Below are positions 19,139 to 30,900 of a stretch of 64,000 nucleotides of DNA, one piece after another. The notes under the pieces were generated by a model. The model searched no databases. It had not been told where the DNA came from and was given only the letters and a program-made list of their open reading frames with translations. The position numbers were made by a program, and so were the translations under genes. Source of the stretch: a virus; the IMG/VR virus record IMGVR_UViG_3300027804_000045, positions 64,001 to 128,000 of that record, one strand, 5' to 3'. The first letter of the stretch is position 1, and every line of letters begins with the position of its first letter.

Positions 19139-20431
19139 TTAGAACGGCTGTAGTGGAATCCTGCGAAAGATGTCCGGACCATCATAGACAGTATAATCAA
19201 AGTCTACGTTACCTGACGTTACTGAGGTAATACCTTGGTACTCAGGACCTGCTACACCATTATTTCTAGTTGTGCTGATCGTTATATTAGGACCGCTAAC
19301 GCTCTTAATATAATAAGGATATCCGATCTCAACACCTGCTAAGTTTCCTGTAGGGTCATCCGTCATGAAAATAATCGGATAATTCACAACTAAATTCGCT
19401 GTGCTACCTGATACAGTAATTATATTTGGACCAGTAGTGCTAGTTATGCTTCTATTAATAGCATTAGCACTATAATCATCAACAGCAACGTATATGTAGC
19501 TTATAGGATTTAAATACATGTTACCTGATGAAGTCGATAGAGTTACGTTTGCTGTTAATGTCGTCGTATCTGATACTGTAAATGTTGTACCTGATACTAG
19601 GTTTCTCACATAATATGTGTTTGATGTTGAAATACCACCGAATACCGAACCAGTAAACTGTAAGGGCATACCTGTATATAAGGTTGCTGTATTGGCAGTA
19701 GTGAATATATCAGAACCGGTCGTTGTGTTTGTTACTTTAAGTTGGCTCACGCTATCGGGAACATATATCGTGCCATTAGTATCACCCAATCTGCCTGTGC
19801 TTGGAGGCACACCATATTGTATTGATGTACTCTTAAATGGTCTGTTGCTTGGAGTTATATCGACTGTATTTCCGCAATCTGTTGTTGTGAGCAATAAGTT
19901 AATTTTTGTGCTACCATAAGGGAAAGTCAATGCAGGAGTGTTATTTGCTAGCACATAATTTTCTAACAATTCAATACTTCTAAATGGTGTGTCGCTTGGG
20001 AAAAATATATAAACATCAACATTAGCATTAGCTCTTGCTAAATTTAATTCTACATGTCCTTCTGTATTTGTAGGCGCCCAGCTACCGAAATTTAATGTGA
20101 TATTACCTGCCAATGTACCGTACTGTACGTCTCCTAAAGTACAATCAATCAACACATTACCTACAAGGGCATTGCCTAAATTGTATGTAGTAGCGCGAAA
20201 CTGAAGCGTAGACGCATTGGCAATTAGAGTATTTGCCATGTCATTGTTTATGACTGTGTTGGCTAATGCTGATTTTAACACTGCCTTATTTTGTAAATCG
20301 CTTATTTCACTGCCTGCAATGTCAAGATTTTGTTTGATATTAACAAAATTGTTACGAAATCCCTGTGTACTATTGTTTTGTCCAGGAATCGGGTAATTGA
20401 CATCTAGGCTGTTTGTGTTAATGCTACTCAT
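19139..20431 (-). CDS. Tail/baseplate structural protein
   Basis: YPIPGQNNSTQGFRNNF N-terminus, N/T/G-rich beta repeats, TATAAATA upstream. Confidence 0.65.
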   Translation of the reverse strand: MSSINTNSLDVNYPIPGQNNSTQGFRNNFVNIKQNLDIAGSEISDLQNKAVLKSALANTVINNDMANTLIANASTLQFRATTYNLGNALVGNVLIDCTLGDVQYGTLAGNITLNFGSWAPTNTEGHVELNLARANANVDVYIFFPSDTPFRSIELLENYVLANNTPALTFPYGSTKINLLLTTTDCGNTVDITPSNRPFKSTSIQYGVPPSTGRLGDTNGTIYVPDSVSQLKVTNTTTGSDIFTTANTATLYTGMPLQFTGSVFGGISTSNTYYVRNLVSGTTFTVSDTTTLTANVTLSTSSGNMYLNPISYIYVAVDDYSANAINRSITSTTGPNIITVSGSTANLVVNYPIIFMTDDPTGNLAGVEIGYPYYIKSVSGPNITISTTRNNGVAGPEYQGITSVTSGNVDFDYTVYDGPDIFRRIPLQPF

Positions 20432-20470
20432 GTGTTAAATTCCATAATGTATTTATATATGCTATACCTA

Positions 20471-23392
20471 CTATAAATTATATTGGCTAGATTTTGGTAA
20501 AATAGTCTTGTTCGGGAATATCACATAAAAATCACTTGAATCGGCTGGATCAGGTGGTGGTGTAGCACTAGGATATTCTGACCAAGTTGGTGTAGCAAGC
20601 AATGTATCATAATTATATGTGATTTGCTTATTGACAGAGAATCTATCTATCTCAAAATCAATCTCATTAAGCGTGAATGGCCATTCAGTTTGAATGCGTT
20701 CTTGTATGATCTCAGCATAACTAATTGGATCAAACACTCCAGACATATTCCCGGTCTCTGTGACCAATTTATAAGTAATGCCATTTTTAGAAGTACTTAA
20801 AATAATAGCGTTTGGATATCCCGGAGCTCCTATCTGTTTGATATAATAAGTTGCTCCGCTGACGATATTTCCAAAAGTATTACCTGAGAACACGATTGGT
20901 TTGCCTACGACTAGGTTAGAAACATCATCTACTATAACCGCATATATTTGTAATGTGTCATTTCCTATCGTTTGAACTGATGTCACATTAACTGATTCAG
21001 CAGGTCTAGTATAGGCTATCACCCAAGCAGGAGTAAAGCCTAATGTATTGCCGTCACGCTGTTGACTAGTCATCCATAATGGTAATAATCTAAAATTACT
21101 ATTTGACCCCAACTCTTGCTCTACACGTAAACGCATATTATCTAAACTATTAGGATATAATATTCTAGCATATCCTGGGGTCAAACTAGTATAGAATGTA
21201 GGTATGCCGCCATTTAGTAATAATGGTATGCCGTCTTGAGTCAACAAAGAATACTCACGGAAATTAGTAATTATTTCAGCTTCTTGATTAAATATAAAGC
21301 TTGTGTAGATTTCTGTGCTTGTAGTATACCAAGGTCCTAAATTTAAATCGATGAATCTTGGCCAAAATATTTCTTCTGGTATGCTAGTACTGTATCTATA
21401 ATCAATGCCGAATTCAGGATCATATACAGCTAGATTATCTACGATATTGCTGTATACGACTTCGTAAATAATATTATTGTTTTCATCTCTAGCGACGGCA
21501 GTGCTTAACTGTCCTAATGTCACATCTCTCCAATAATGATTTTTCTTGACTGCTTCTAGATACTCAGCAAGATTGCTAGAGTTGATGCCATATGCATGTG
21601 CATAGGTCACGTTCTTAGCTTTACCAAAATTTGGATCTATTGGTCTATACAAATATTCTTCTGGTATTAGTTCCGGATCAGTTAATAATGAACTTATGAT
21701 GTCTCTATCTTTAGCAGTAGGAGTGCATTTAATATATAAGTTGTCTGTAGGTTCGCTATATTCTTGATATACAGTTATCGTGAATGTTTTTGTGCTAGTT
21801 ATAAAAGATGATAGAGTCGGATCAATTGCTTTTGCCGTGACACTAAAAGTAAACGTTGCTGAATCATTCTGTAGTTGGTAATTGTCACTAGGTTGATATG
21901 CTACTATGCCTATTATTTCACCGTCATCAAGTAAAGTCAAATTAGGCGGCAATGAACCTGATTCTAATACATATTCTAAATCTACATCAGATGTTGCTTT
22001 AACTTTAAAGTAACTTAAAGATGCATTATATATTTGTCCTAAATCACTGTCTGTTATCCATTTGACAGTGCCTGAAATTCCATTACTAACTTTAAAACTA
22101 AAATTAAAGTCAACACTATTATATGTGCTAAGTCCTACAGTTTTAAATGTTCTAGCTAAAAAAGTATATTCTTCAATTGAGTTAGGCGCGGTGATAGGAT
22201 TACCGTATAACCATCCTGTAGTACCATCATAGTTCAACCAAGGAGGCTGTCCGTCAATGATATAATTCAGTTGTTCACCATCAAAATCATAACCTAATAA
22301 ATGAAAACTAAAAAAATTGTCGCTTTGAAATTCGCCTATGTATGCATTTTGAGTAGGATTATAAGTAATGCCGGGGGGATTGACAGAGCCTGCAGGTGGT
22401 AATACATAATAACCATAATCTATTTCATTGGATTCAATATCATAAGTCGATGGTCTTGTATTTAAAATTGTAGGTATTCTTGTGCCTACTGCTTTACCAG
22501 GACCGCCCTGGCTGGGACTCAAATTTTGATTTACAACTGTTATAGCATATGATGCCCTGTCGTTGCCTTTTTCACTCAAAAGATCAAGAGTAAAGTTATA
22601 CTGACGTTTAGTCGGGTTGCCTATTGATGTCGCGGGCAAAGTCACATCCATGAACCCTGCTGCTGTATCTACTATAAAAGTATCAGCTCCTGGCGCTATA
22701 GAAATTGTAATTTGTGTAGCGTTGATAATACTTTTAATATAATATACGTCTCCTGAAACTATCCCGCCAAAAGTTGTTCCTGTAAAAACTATAGGTCTAT
22801 TGATGACAAAATCATTAGTGCTTAACACTGTTATAGAATTATTTGTGTTGTCGGAAGCAAATGCTGATGTATCAACTTCCGGCAAGTTAACTTGAGACGT
22901 AGGCGGAGTCGGATAACCGCGAATAAGTCCAAATTCATTTATTTCTAATCCTGGAGGCAATTGACCTTGCAATACACGTATCAATACTTCGTTCGTAGAT
23001 ATAGGATTAGAGTATTCGATAGGAAACTCAATCCATGTGCTATCTTCCGTAGTAAACAACAGTCCCTCAGGAGTTGTAAATAGTGGAGTTGCCTCTCCTG
23101 TTATTGTTATACTGAATGTTCTATCTTTAAATGCTGTGTTTGTTCCATCACTAGCGGTTACACGAACAACAAATTCGCTACTTATGTCATTAGTAATGAC
23201 TTGAGGAGTTCCAGAAATTTTACCGTCTTTTCGAAAAGAAAGTCCTTCTGGCAAACTACCGCTTATTATTTCAAATTTAGTAATAGTATAGGGTAGTTCT
23301 GCTATCGCAGCAAGACGATAGACCATAGCAACTTCAGCAGGGTATACACCGATGATACCTGATGCTGTAACCCATGTGATTGGATTACTCAT
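20471..23392 (-). CDS. Baseplate/tail protein with Ig-like (He_PIG-type) repeats
   Basis: Repeated G.LP.GL......G.I.G.P. Confidence 0.7.
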   Translation of the reverse strand: MSNPITWVTASGIIGVYPAEVAMVYRLAAIAELPYTITKFEIISGSLPEGLSFRKDGKISGTPQVITNDISSEFVVRVTASDGTNTAFKDRTFSITITGEATPLFTTPEGLLFTTEDSTWIEFPIEYSNPISTNEVLIRVLQGQLPPGLEINEFGLIRGYPTPPTSQVNLPEVDTSAFASDNTNNSITVLSTNDFVINRPIVFTGTTFGGIVSGDVYYIKSIINATQITISIAPGADTFIVDTAAGFMDVTLPATSIGNPTKRQYNFTLDLLSEKGNDRASYAITVVNQNLSPSQGGPGKAVGTRIPTILNTRPSTYDIESNEIDYGYYVLPPAGSVNPPGITYNPTQNAYIGEFQSDNFFSFHLLGYDFDGEQLNYIIDGQPPWLNYDGTTGWLYGNPITAPNSIEEYTFLARTFKTVGLSTYNSVDFNFSFKVSNGISGTVKWITDSDLGQIYNASLSYFKVKATSDVDLEYVLESGSLPPNLTLLDDGEIIGIVAYQPSDNYQLQNDSATFTFSVTAKAIDPTLSSFITSTKTFTITVYQEYSEPTDNLYIKCTPTAKDRDIISSLLTDPELIPEEYLYRPIDPNFGKAKNVTYAHAYGINSSNLAEYLEAVKKNHYWRDVTLGQLSTAVARDENNNIIYEVVYSNIVDNLAVYDPEFGIDYRYSTSIPEEIFWPRFIDLNLGPWYTTSTEIYTSFIFNQEAEIITNFREYSLLTQDGIPLLLNGGIPTFYTSLTPGYARILYPNSLDNMRLRVEQELGSNSNFRLLPLWMTSQQRDGNTLGFTPAWVIAYTRPAESVNVTSVQTIGNDTLQIYAVIVDDVSNLVVGKPIVFSGNTFGNIVSGATYYIKQIGAPGYPNAIILSTSKNGITYKLVTETGNMSGVFDPISYAEIIQERIQTEWPFTLNEIDFEIDRFSVNKQITYNYDTLLATPTWSEYPSATPPPDPADSSDFYVIFPNKTILPKSSQYNL

Positions 23393-23401
23393 TTTTTATC
23401 C

Positions 23402-25453
23402 TCAAGCATAAGTTGCGCCAACTGTATACCATTGCGTAGTAGTTGGGGCAACATACTGAATTGTAGAACCTGCTGGTTGTGTGAATCCAGCATTAGTAGA
23501 CAGTGTATTAATTATACCACCACTAGCAGGATATACTAATAAACTATTAGCACTTGTATTCGTTATAGTAATTACCATACCTGCAACTGCTGTAGGTAGT
23601 ACTACACCTTGACCAGTTGACACTGTTGAGACAACATCTATTTCTTTTGTAAGTGCTGTGGCTGTACCCTGTGTTGATCCTGCGGCACTTATACCGGTAG
23701 CCACGCTGCGTATATGATAAGATGTTACAGTTACATTTGCTCCGCTTATATTACCTGATGTAGTGAGTGAAGTCAACGTACCTACCGAAGTGATGTTTGG
23801 TTGTGCCGCTGTTGTTACCGTACCTGCTGTAGTTGCGCTTCCTACAGTGCCTGTCACATTCGCGCCCGCAATATTTGTAAGGCCTGCACCATTGCCATAA
23901 TATGCGCCTGTATTGACAATTACGTTACCGGTAACAGTTACATTGCTGTTTGTCTTATTAAACGTAAAGTTAGCATTACCGTTGCCAACACCATTGTCAT
24001 TAAATTGAACTTCAGTATTTGCACCGCCTATTGCACCAGCTGGGCCAGTCGCTCCTGTAGGTCCCACGATACCAGTAGAGCCTTGTACACCTGTTGCACC
24101 TGTAGGTCCTAGATCTCCTGTAGCACCTTGAATACCTGTCGCTCCTGTCAGACCTGTAGCACCGACTGGACCTTGAATGTTTCCTACGTCACTCCATACT
24201 CCGCCGGCTTTCACCCACAAGTCTCCAGTATCTTCAGCAATGACACCATTGCCATCAACTGCGCTAGGGAATGCCGCGTTTAGAGTTGCTTGAGGAGTAC
24301 CACCTACTGTAGGAACGCTTCCTATGATTGTTACACTAGTACCTGCTGGGCCAGTAGCGCCTGTAGGGCCTGCGACACCAGTCGCACCTGTCGGGCCAGT
24401 CGCACCTACTCCAGTAGCACCAGTTGGACCCGTTAAACCTGTACTACCTGTTGGGCCTGTTATGCCAGTAGCACCAGTAGAACCTTGCGGTCCTGTAGCA
24501 CCAGTCGCACCTGTTGGGCCACCGCTTGGGCCAGTAGAACCAGTAAGTCCCGTCGCCCCAGTAGCACCAATACCGGTCGCCCCGGTTTGGCCACCTGCTG
24601 ATATAGCGGCATAACCTGTCACTGAACTTGTGAATGTCAATGTAAGCGTATTAGCCGTATTGAATGTGATTGTAGGATAGTCATATCTACCTACAAAACT
24701 ATTACCAGTGCTATCAACTGGTTCAACGTTCACATATAAACTGTTGAGATTGTGAGTTACGTTCCACGTTGTCGATGACGAACTTTGTGTGTGGATGTAT
24801 GCGCCGCCAGCTGCACCTGTAGCGCCTTGTGGACCAGTAGCGCCGGTTGCACCAGTTAAACCAGTAGCACCCATTGGTGTAAATATATTGACTGTCCAAG
24901 GCGTATAAGGACCAGTACCACTACCCTGTCCACCTGTCACATTTACAACTAATGCACCTGTCGCTATATTATATGACTGAACTACACCAGTCATATATTT
25001 GTCTGTCTCACCGTCAGCAATGAAAATAATATTTTGAAAGGCAACGTAGGGTAAACCGGTATCTACTGTGCAAGAAATAGTCGACGGAATCTCTAGATTG
25101 ATTGATGCTGTTGTGCTTGTTTGATAATCAAGCATAGGTCCAGTAGCACCCATGCCACCATAACTTATCGCGGCATATCCTGTTTGCGGTGACGCAAAAG
25201 TAATAGTAAGTGTATTAGAATTTAAAAAGCTTATAGTAGGATAAGTAAGAGGGCTTACATTTTGATTTGCACTATCAATTACTTCAACGTTAAGATATCG
25301 CTCTCCCAAATTATGATTTACAGTCCAAACTGATGCTGCCACTAATTGTTCGTGGGTGTAGGTACCACCTGTTGGGCCAGTAGCGCCTTGAACACCGGCT
25401 ATAGCCGGTAACCATGTTGATGTCAAACTATCGTAATATTTTAATACACCCAT
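23402..25453 (-). CDS. Collagen-repeat tail fibre/whisker protein
   Basis: (G-A-T)/(G-P-T) triplet runs; two H.Q...S..W.V.HNL domains. Confidence 0.8.
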   Translation of the reverse strand: MGVLKYYDSLTSTWLPAIAGVQGATGPTGGTYTHEQLVAASVWTVNHNLGERYLNVEVIDSANQNVSPLTYPTISFLNSNTLTITFASPQTGYAAISYGGMGATGPMLDYQTSTTASINLEIPSTISCTVDTGLPYVAFQNIIFIADGETDKYMTGVVQSYNIATGALVVNVTGGQGSGTGPYTPWTVNIFTPMGATGLTGATGATGPQGATGAAGGAYIHTQSSSSTTWNVTHNLNSLYVNVEPVDSTGNSFVGRYDYPTITFNTANTLTLTFTSSVTGYAAISAGGQTGATGIGATGATGLTGSTGPSGGPTGATGATGPQGSTGATGITGPTGSTGLTGPTGATGVGATGPTGATGVAGPTGATGPAGTSVTIIGSVPTVGGTPQATLNAAFPSAVDGNGVIAEDTGDLWVKAGGVWSDVGNIQGPVGATGLTGATGIQGATGDLGPTGATGVQGSTGIVGPTGATGPAGAIGGANTEVQFNDNGVGNGNANFTFNKTNSNVTVTGNVIVNTGAYYGNGAGLTNIAGANVTGTVGSATTAGTVTTAAQPNITSVGTLTSLTTSGNISGANVTVTSYHIRSVATGISAAGSTQGTATALTKEIDVVSTVSTGQGVVLPTAVAGMVITITNTSANSLLVYPASGGIINTLSTNAGFTQPAGSTIQYVAPTTTQWYTVGATYA

Positions 25454-25481
25454 AATATTCTACTATTTATTGACCTATATG

Positions 25482-27878
25482 TTATGCGTAACTTGCTCCG
25501 ACTGTATACCACTGTGTCGCGCTTACAGCAAAGTACTGTAAACTTGCACCGGCTACATGAGTATAAGCTGTGTTGGTCGACAACGTATTAATCGTTGCGC
25601 CTGTTGCTGGATATACGTTTAAACTTGTCGCGCTTGTATTATTAACTATGATTACCATACCTGCAATTGCTGTAGGTAATACAATACCTTGCCCTGCACT
25701 TACTGTGCTTACAATGTTTATATCTTTTGTTATTGCTGTCGCTGTGCCTTGTGTTGATCCGGCAGCACTAATACCAGTCGCTACACTTCTTAAGTAATTA
25801 CCACTTAAAGATATATTTTCTGTCGTCAGAGTATTAGTATCTGTGCGATATGTTAGATCAACATCTCCACGCAAAATCTGATTAGTTGTTCTGTTCTCAA
25901 CAAATGTAGGATAATATGTTGTTGTTAACCCATTTGTATTTGTTATATCGATAGTAGTAGCATTAGACAATGCAGGACCAGTAGCACCTGTTGCTCCTTG
26001 CGGACCTGTTGGGCCTCCTGCAGGACCAGCTGGGCCAGTCGCACCTGTCGCACCTATACCCTCAATACCTGGCGTGCTAGTATCATACCATAATACAGTT
26101 GTATCTACGGGTTGAGTAGGTCCTTCAACTAAACCTGCTACACCAGTAGCGCCAGTCGCTCCTGTGCTACCAGGTATACCTGCCGCTCCAGCTAGATTTA
26201 CCTGCCAACTACTGTACACATTACCTAATGTGCCTACTACACTAGATACGCTAACTATCATCACTCCTGTTGCACTGTTATATGCGGCAACAGTAGCAAA
26301 CATACGTTGCGCTAAACTATGCGCAATAGAAATTTCTTGACCGGTAGCGTATGCTAAACCTATACCTACTGTCAATGTTGCTGGTCCGGTAGCGATAGTA
26401 AGTGATGTATTACTTGTTGTGAAATATCTATCGCCAGTAGCACCAGGAACACCTGTCGCTCCAGAAACACCAGTAGCACCAGTAGCACCGAGACCTGTAG
26501 CGCCTTGTGGACCAGTAGCGCCGGTAGCGCCTATACCTGTAGCGCCTTGTGGACCAGTAGCGCCGGTAGCGCCTATGCCACCTATACCCCAAGTTAGATT
26601 TCCGGTGCCGTCTGTGGTTAATACTTGTCCTGATGCGCCACCAAATATTTGAACTTTATTAGCATAACCTAAGTTTGCTATGCCACCAGTCACATGTAAA
26701 TTAGGTGTTGTTAGTTCAACATTTAAATAAATTTCATCTATATATCCAACATGACCATTTGCGAGAATATCTGTATCAAACGTTGTTTGTAATTGTCCAA
26801 ATTGTACTACATTTGGTTGTGCGTTTACTGAAATAGTAACGTTACTATTGGGGTATACGCGAATATTTGATGAACCGTTTTCAATTTCGGTAATATTACC
26901 GATAGATAGATTTGATAATCCGCCACCGTCGCCAACAAAATATGTTGCGTTAACATTACCGATCACATTTAAATTACTATTAGCAGCATTAAAAATTAAA
27001 TTAGGACTTGCTGCAAAATTATTGCTACCATCATTATATTGAATTTGACCTGCGCCGCCAGCTGGATATTGTAAATCCCAAGGTAGGCCATTTGCATATA
27101 ATAAGTTATCAGTGCGTACATTGCCTGCGCTGACTGATGATGCATTGACAAAATTTGCTTGAGCAAGATTGCCTAAATTTGCGTTACCGGATATTATGTT
27201 TCCTGCTGTTAATAATCCAGTGACATTTGCTGTAGCAATATTGGCTGTATTCGTAACAGTTAAATTTGAAGTGCTTACAACATTTGAAGCATTAATATTT
27301 GCCGCGTTAACAGTATTAGAAATATTAGCAATATTAGCTGTGATAACATTACCCACAGCAAGATTAGCGTTGCTAGTTATGTTATTTGCTAATATGTTAC
27401 CTGTAACGTTAAGAGTAGTTAGGTTTCCTACATTACCGAAAAAGTTTGTTGCTGTGATGTTGTTTGTCGCTACAACATTGCCGTTAGCGATTGTGACATT
27501 AGGATTGCCCGGACTTATATTGCCTATAATCAGTGATTCGTTGATAACTGTATTGTCAAGCAAATCAATCCATAGATTTGACAACCCTGAATCGATAATG
27601 ATTTGATCTAATTCAGATCCTGGAGTTAATCCTACGCCTAAACTTTGTGTTTTTACTTTTAGTTGATAAAAGTCGTTACTGATGATAACATTACCAAAAG
27701 TGGGATTTACGGTTAAGCCCTTCTCTTTTTTGGCACGATTGATGGATAAGACGCCGCTAGATGTCTGTAATTGATATAATTCATTAAAGTTTTCTTGTGC
27801 TTTTTGAAACCCAGTGCGTATCGCATCTGCATCTGGATCATCGGGAAAACTACCGAAATCTATATTCTGCTGTGCCAT
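25482..27878 (-). CDS. Collagen-repeat tail fibre protein with T4 gp9/gp10-like N-terminal attachment motif
   Basis: I..G..PDD...D.IR..F.K...NF.ELY, ANI-type repeats, GAT collagen. Confidence 0.8.
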   Translation of the reverse strand: MAQQNIDFGSFPDDPDADAIRTGFQKAQENFNELYQLQTSSGVLSINRAKKEKGLTVNPTFGNVIISNDFYQLKVKTQSLGVGLTPGSELDQIIIDSGLSNLWIDLLDNTVINESLIIGNISPGNPNVTIANGNVVATNNITATNFFGNVGNLTTLNVTGNILANNITSNANLAVGNVITANIANISNTVNAANINASNVVSTSNLTVTNTANIATANVTGLLTAGNIISGNANLGNLAQANFVNASSVSAGNVRTDNLLYANGLPWDLQYPAGGAGQIQYNDGSNNFAASPNLIFNAANSNLNVIGNVNATYFVGDGGGLSNLSIGNITEIENGSSNIRVYPNSNVTISVNAQPNVVQFGQLQTTFDTDILANGHVGYIDEIYLNVELTTPNLHVTGGIANLGYANKVQIFGGASGQVLTTDGTGNLTWGIGGIGATGATGPQGATGIGATGATGPQGATGLGATGATGVSGATGVPGATGDRYFTTSNTSLTIATGPATLTVGIGLAYATGQEISIAHSLAQRMFATVAAYNSATGVMIVSVSSVVGTLGNVYSSWQVNLAGAAGIPGSTGATGATGVAGLVEGPTQPVDTTVLWYDTSTPGIEGIGATGATGPAGPAGGPTGPQGATGATGPALSNATTIDITNTNGLTTTYYPTFVENRTTNQILRGDVDLTYRTDTNTLTTENISLSGNYLRSVATGISAAGSTQGTATAITKDINIVSTVSAGQGIVLPTAIAGMVIIVNNTSATSLNVYPATGATINTLSTNTAYTHVAGASLQYFAVSATQWYTVGASYA
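26493..26576. repeat. Perfect 42 bp tandem duplication in the collagen region
   Basis: acctgtagcgccttgtggaccagtagcgccggtagcgcctat x2. Confidence 0.9.
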
Positions 27879-27932
27879 CTATCCAGTATCCTTTAATATA
27901 GTATTTATCGTTTTTATAGCAAAGCAATTGCC

Positions 27933-27965
27933 AAAAAAATACCCGGTGATTAGCCGGGTATTTTT
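27933..27965. terminator. Intrinsic terminator
   Basis: AAAAATACCCGG...CCGGGTATTTTT. Confidence 0.85.
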
Positions 27966-27983
27966 AACTATATTAACGACAAA

Positions 27984-30900
27984 TTACTTTGCTAGACCTG
28001 CTAGTTTCTTCCAGGCTTTAACATCTTCGTCGCCTTCTCTTGCTTCTTGACCAGCAATAACAGGTATTGTAGTTTGACCTGTTGATTTAGGCTTGTTCAA
28101 TCCACCGCTGATAGTCTGAGTCATAAAATCAGTATCGCGTGTGAATGCTGCATCTGTGCCTTTTTGACCTGCATCATTTGCCCATTCATCAAGTTTTGTC
28201 TGTTGCATGACACTCTTTAATAATTCATCACTATCGCCTTCCATTCCAGGCATACCCTTTAACATTGCGTCAAGTTGTGCCTTTAAACTATCCATATCAG
28301 TAGTATTTAGGGCGTCCTTTTCACTTGGTTCACCAACTCTTTTTCCAGTAACTTTTACTGGTTGCAACATATCATCAGTTGGTGGAATAGTTCTTGTAGC
28401 ATCTTTATCCCCTGTTGGGACTCTACGACCAGTGACCTTAACTGGTTGCAAATCATCAATGCTAGGTTTTTTTAATCCTCTACTCTTTAACCATGCTGCT
28501 AATTCATCATATGTATTTGCACCTGATAGATTTAACAAATCACCTAGTTGTCTGTCTCCTGGCAATTCTTGATCTTTAGGTGTTGCTCTCTTTGATGTTA
28601 CATCTACAGGAGGTAGAACATACTTATCAAAGTCTGCCATATTCACTTTTGATCCACCAGGAAGTGTGATGTATTTTTCATCTTCCTGGCCCATGTTACC
28701 TATTCCGTATCTTCGTAATGTTCCGCCTAGATTTTTTGAAATGGCTGCAAACTTGTCCTGCATATTTTTGAATATATCATCAAAATTTGTCTGCATATTT
28801 GACATAGCAGGAGTGTTGCCTGCCATGTTTGGCATTGATGGCATTGTTGGCATCTTGAAATTCTTCATAGCATTATCATATTCTGCTTTTGAAGCTGGTT
28901 TGCCATCTACTTCATATGATGAAGTATTGCTTGATTGATTTTTTACATCAAATTCTGGCATGCCATCAGCACCTTTGCCTAGATTTTCTGCACCAGGTAA
29001 TGAAACTACTTCGGCTTCAGGACTATCAGGCTTGTCAATGTTATCTAATTTTGACATGATGTCTTTCATAGAACTATTGACATCACCCGCATCTTCATTA
29101 GTTGCACCACCTTTTGATGCACCACTCAATGCTAATGCGCTGTCAATCTTGCCTGCATCAGCTTGGCTTTGTTCGTAACCTTCACCATCATCTTCAGCGA
29201 CCATGAATTCGCGCTGATCTAATGTTTCGGTTTCACCTACTTCTTCTTTGTCTTTTTTGAATGCGCTTGCTGCACGTTTTGCTAGCATAGCAGTTTTAAC
29301 AGGATTTGCTAATGCAGCACGACCTGCAAGACCTGCTAATCTACCTAATGCTGCTAATGCTGGTGCAGCTTCATCAAGTTGATCTGACTTTATTTGCGCT
29401 TCAATTGTAGTTTCTAAAACTTCTTCAGTTTTTTTTTCACAACCGCATGAACTTTCCATCATACCGCATTCATTGCAAGTATGCTCTTCTTCATGTCCAT
29501 GATCATGTCCGTGACCATGATCATCGTGCGATTCTAAACCAGTTAATTTTGATAATAAGTCATCCATGCTTGGCATGTCATGACCATTAAATTTAGGTGC
29601 GCCATAATCACTTGCTGTTGCAATAACTGTTGGTTCAGCAGGTGTCAATACTGATTCTTTATCACCGAAACCACCTAAACCTACTTGCTTGATAAATGCT
29701 AATAGTTTTTCACTATCGCCATCTGTAGCTGTAACGCTTACGCTGTTTGGGCTACCTTCTTGACCAGTTGACATTGATACTGAAAGACCTTCATTAACGA
29801 CTTTGCTTTCTGTTAATAGTGCATTAAGTTGATTTTCTAAATCTTCAAATGCGTATGTTTCTGAAACATCTTTATCTTTGAATGTTTGACCAAATGCTTT
29901 AAATGTGTCACCTGGTGTAGTTTTTGCTTTGTGCTTCAACCAATCACCTTTGTCCATTTCATCTAAATCATCTTCTTGCATTTGTTGTGCTGCTTGCTGA
30001 CCGATATTGCTTAAGTTTGCACGGCTTTGCATTACAGCGCCCATGTTTGATGAGCCATCTTGTTTAGTTGCAGCAACGCCACCTACATTCATTTGTGGTT
30101 GTTGCGGCATAGCAGTAGCAACTGGCTTCACAGGTACATTTGCTTGCGGAGCAGGATTAGTTGCTGAAGTATTTACCTGTTGTGCTTGTGGCTTTTGAAC
30201 TGGTACTGCTGCCATTTGATTTGTATTTTCATCGACAGCGCCAAAACTTGCCATGTCGTCTACGACATCTTGTGATGTTTCTTCATCAACATAACCACGA
30301 CCTGGAACAAGTCCATAGCATTCTTCTAGGCCACACTTGTAACCTTCAAAGTAATGCTTTGCTTCTTCCATATCTTCGTAGTGTTTTACGCGGCATGGTT
30401 GCTCACGTAGACCGTGTACATAGCCTTCGCTATATGCTGCTTTTAATAGATTGCTCATAGATTCATTTACCTTCTTTTTCTTTTTGTCAGCTGCTGCCTT
30501 CTTCATTGATTCTTTTTTATTACCGTCATTGTCAAGATCAATGAAATCTGGCTTTGCCTCCAATACGTTATCGCTGCGACCAGCGCCTAGTCCTGCACCA
30601 TAATCTGGGCCTGACTTTGGAATTTCTGCTTCTTTTACTTTCTTGGGCAGTTTACTTACTTTCTGACCATGACTCTTTTTAATAAATTCTTTTGCTACAT
30701 CTTGACTTACGCCTGTTTTCTTGGCAACACTCTTGTCACCTGCTACGGCGTGCATCAATTTTGCTTGTTGTTGACTTGCGAATTTCTCGTCAACCTTTTC
30801 TTCTTTCATTGCTGCACCTTCACCTTTCTTCCAGCCACCTTTCGCTCTTAAAGCAAAATTGATTTGACGCATTTTCTTTGCTTGTGGACTATTTTCATCG

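Noticed and set aside
23402-25790. Diversity-generating retroelement (template/variable repeat pair) in the fibre tips
   Set aside because: Both copies are coding, differences are not confined to adenines, and no reverse transcriptase is present in the window
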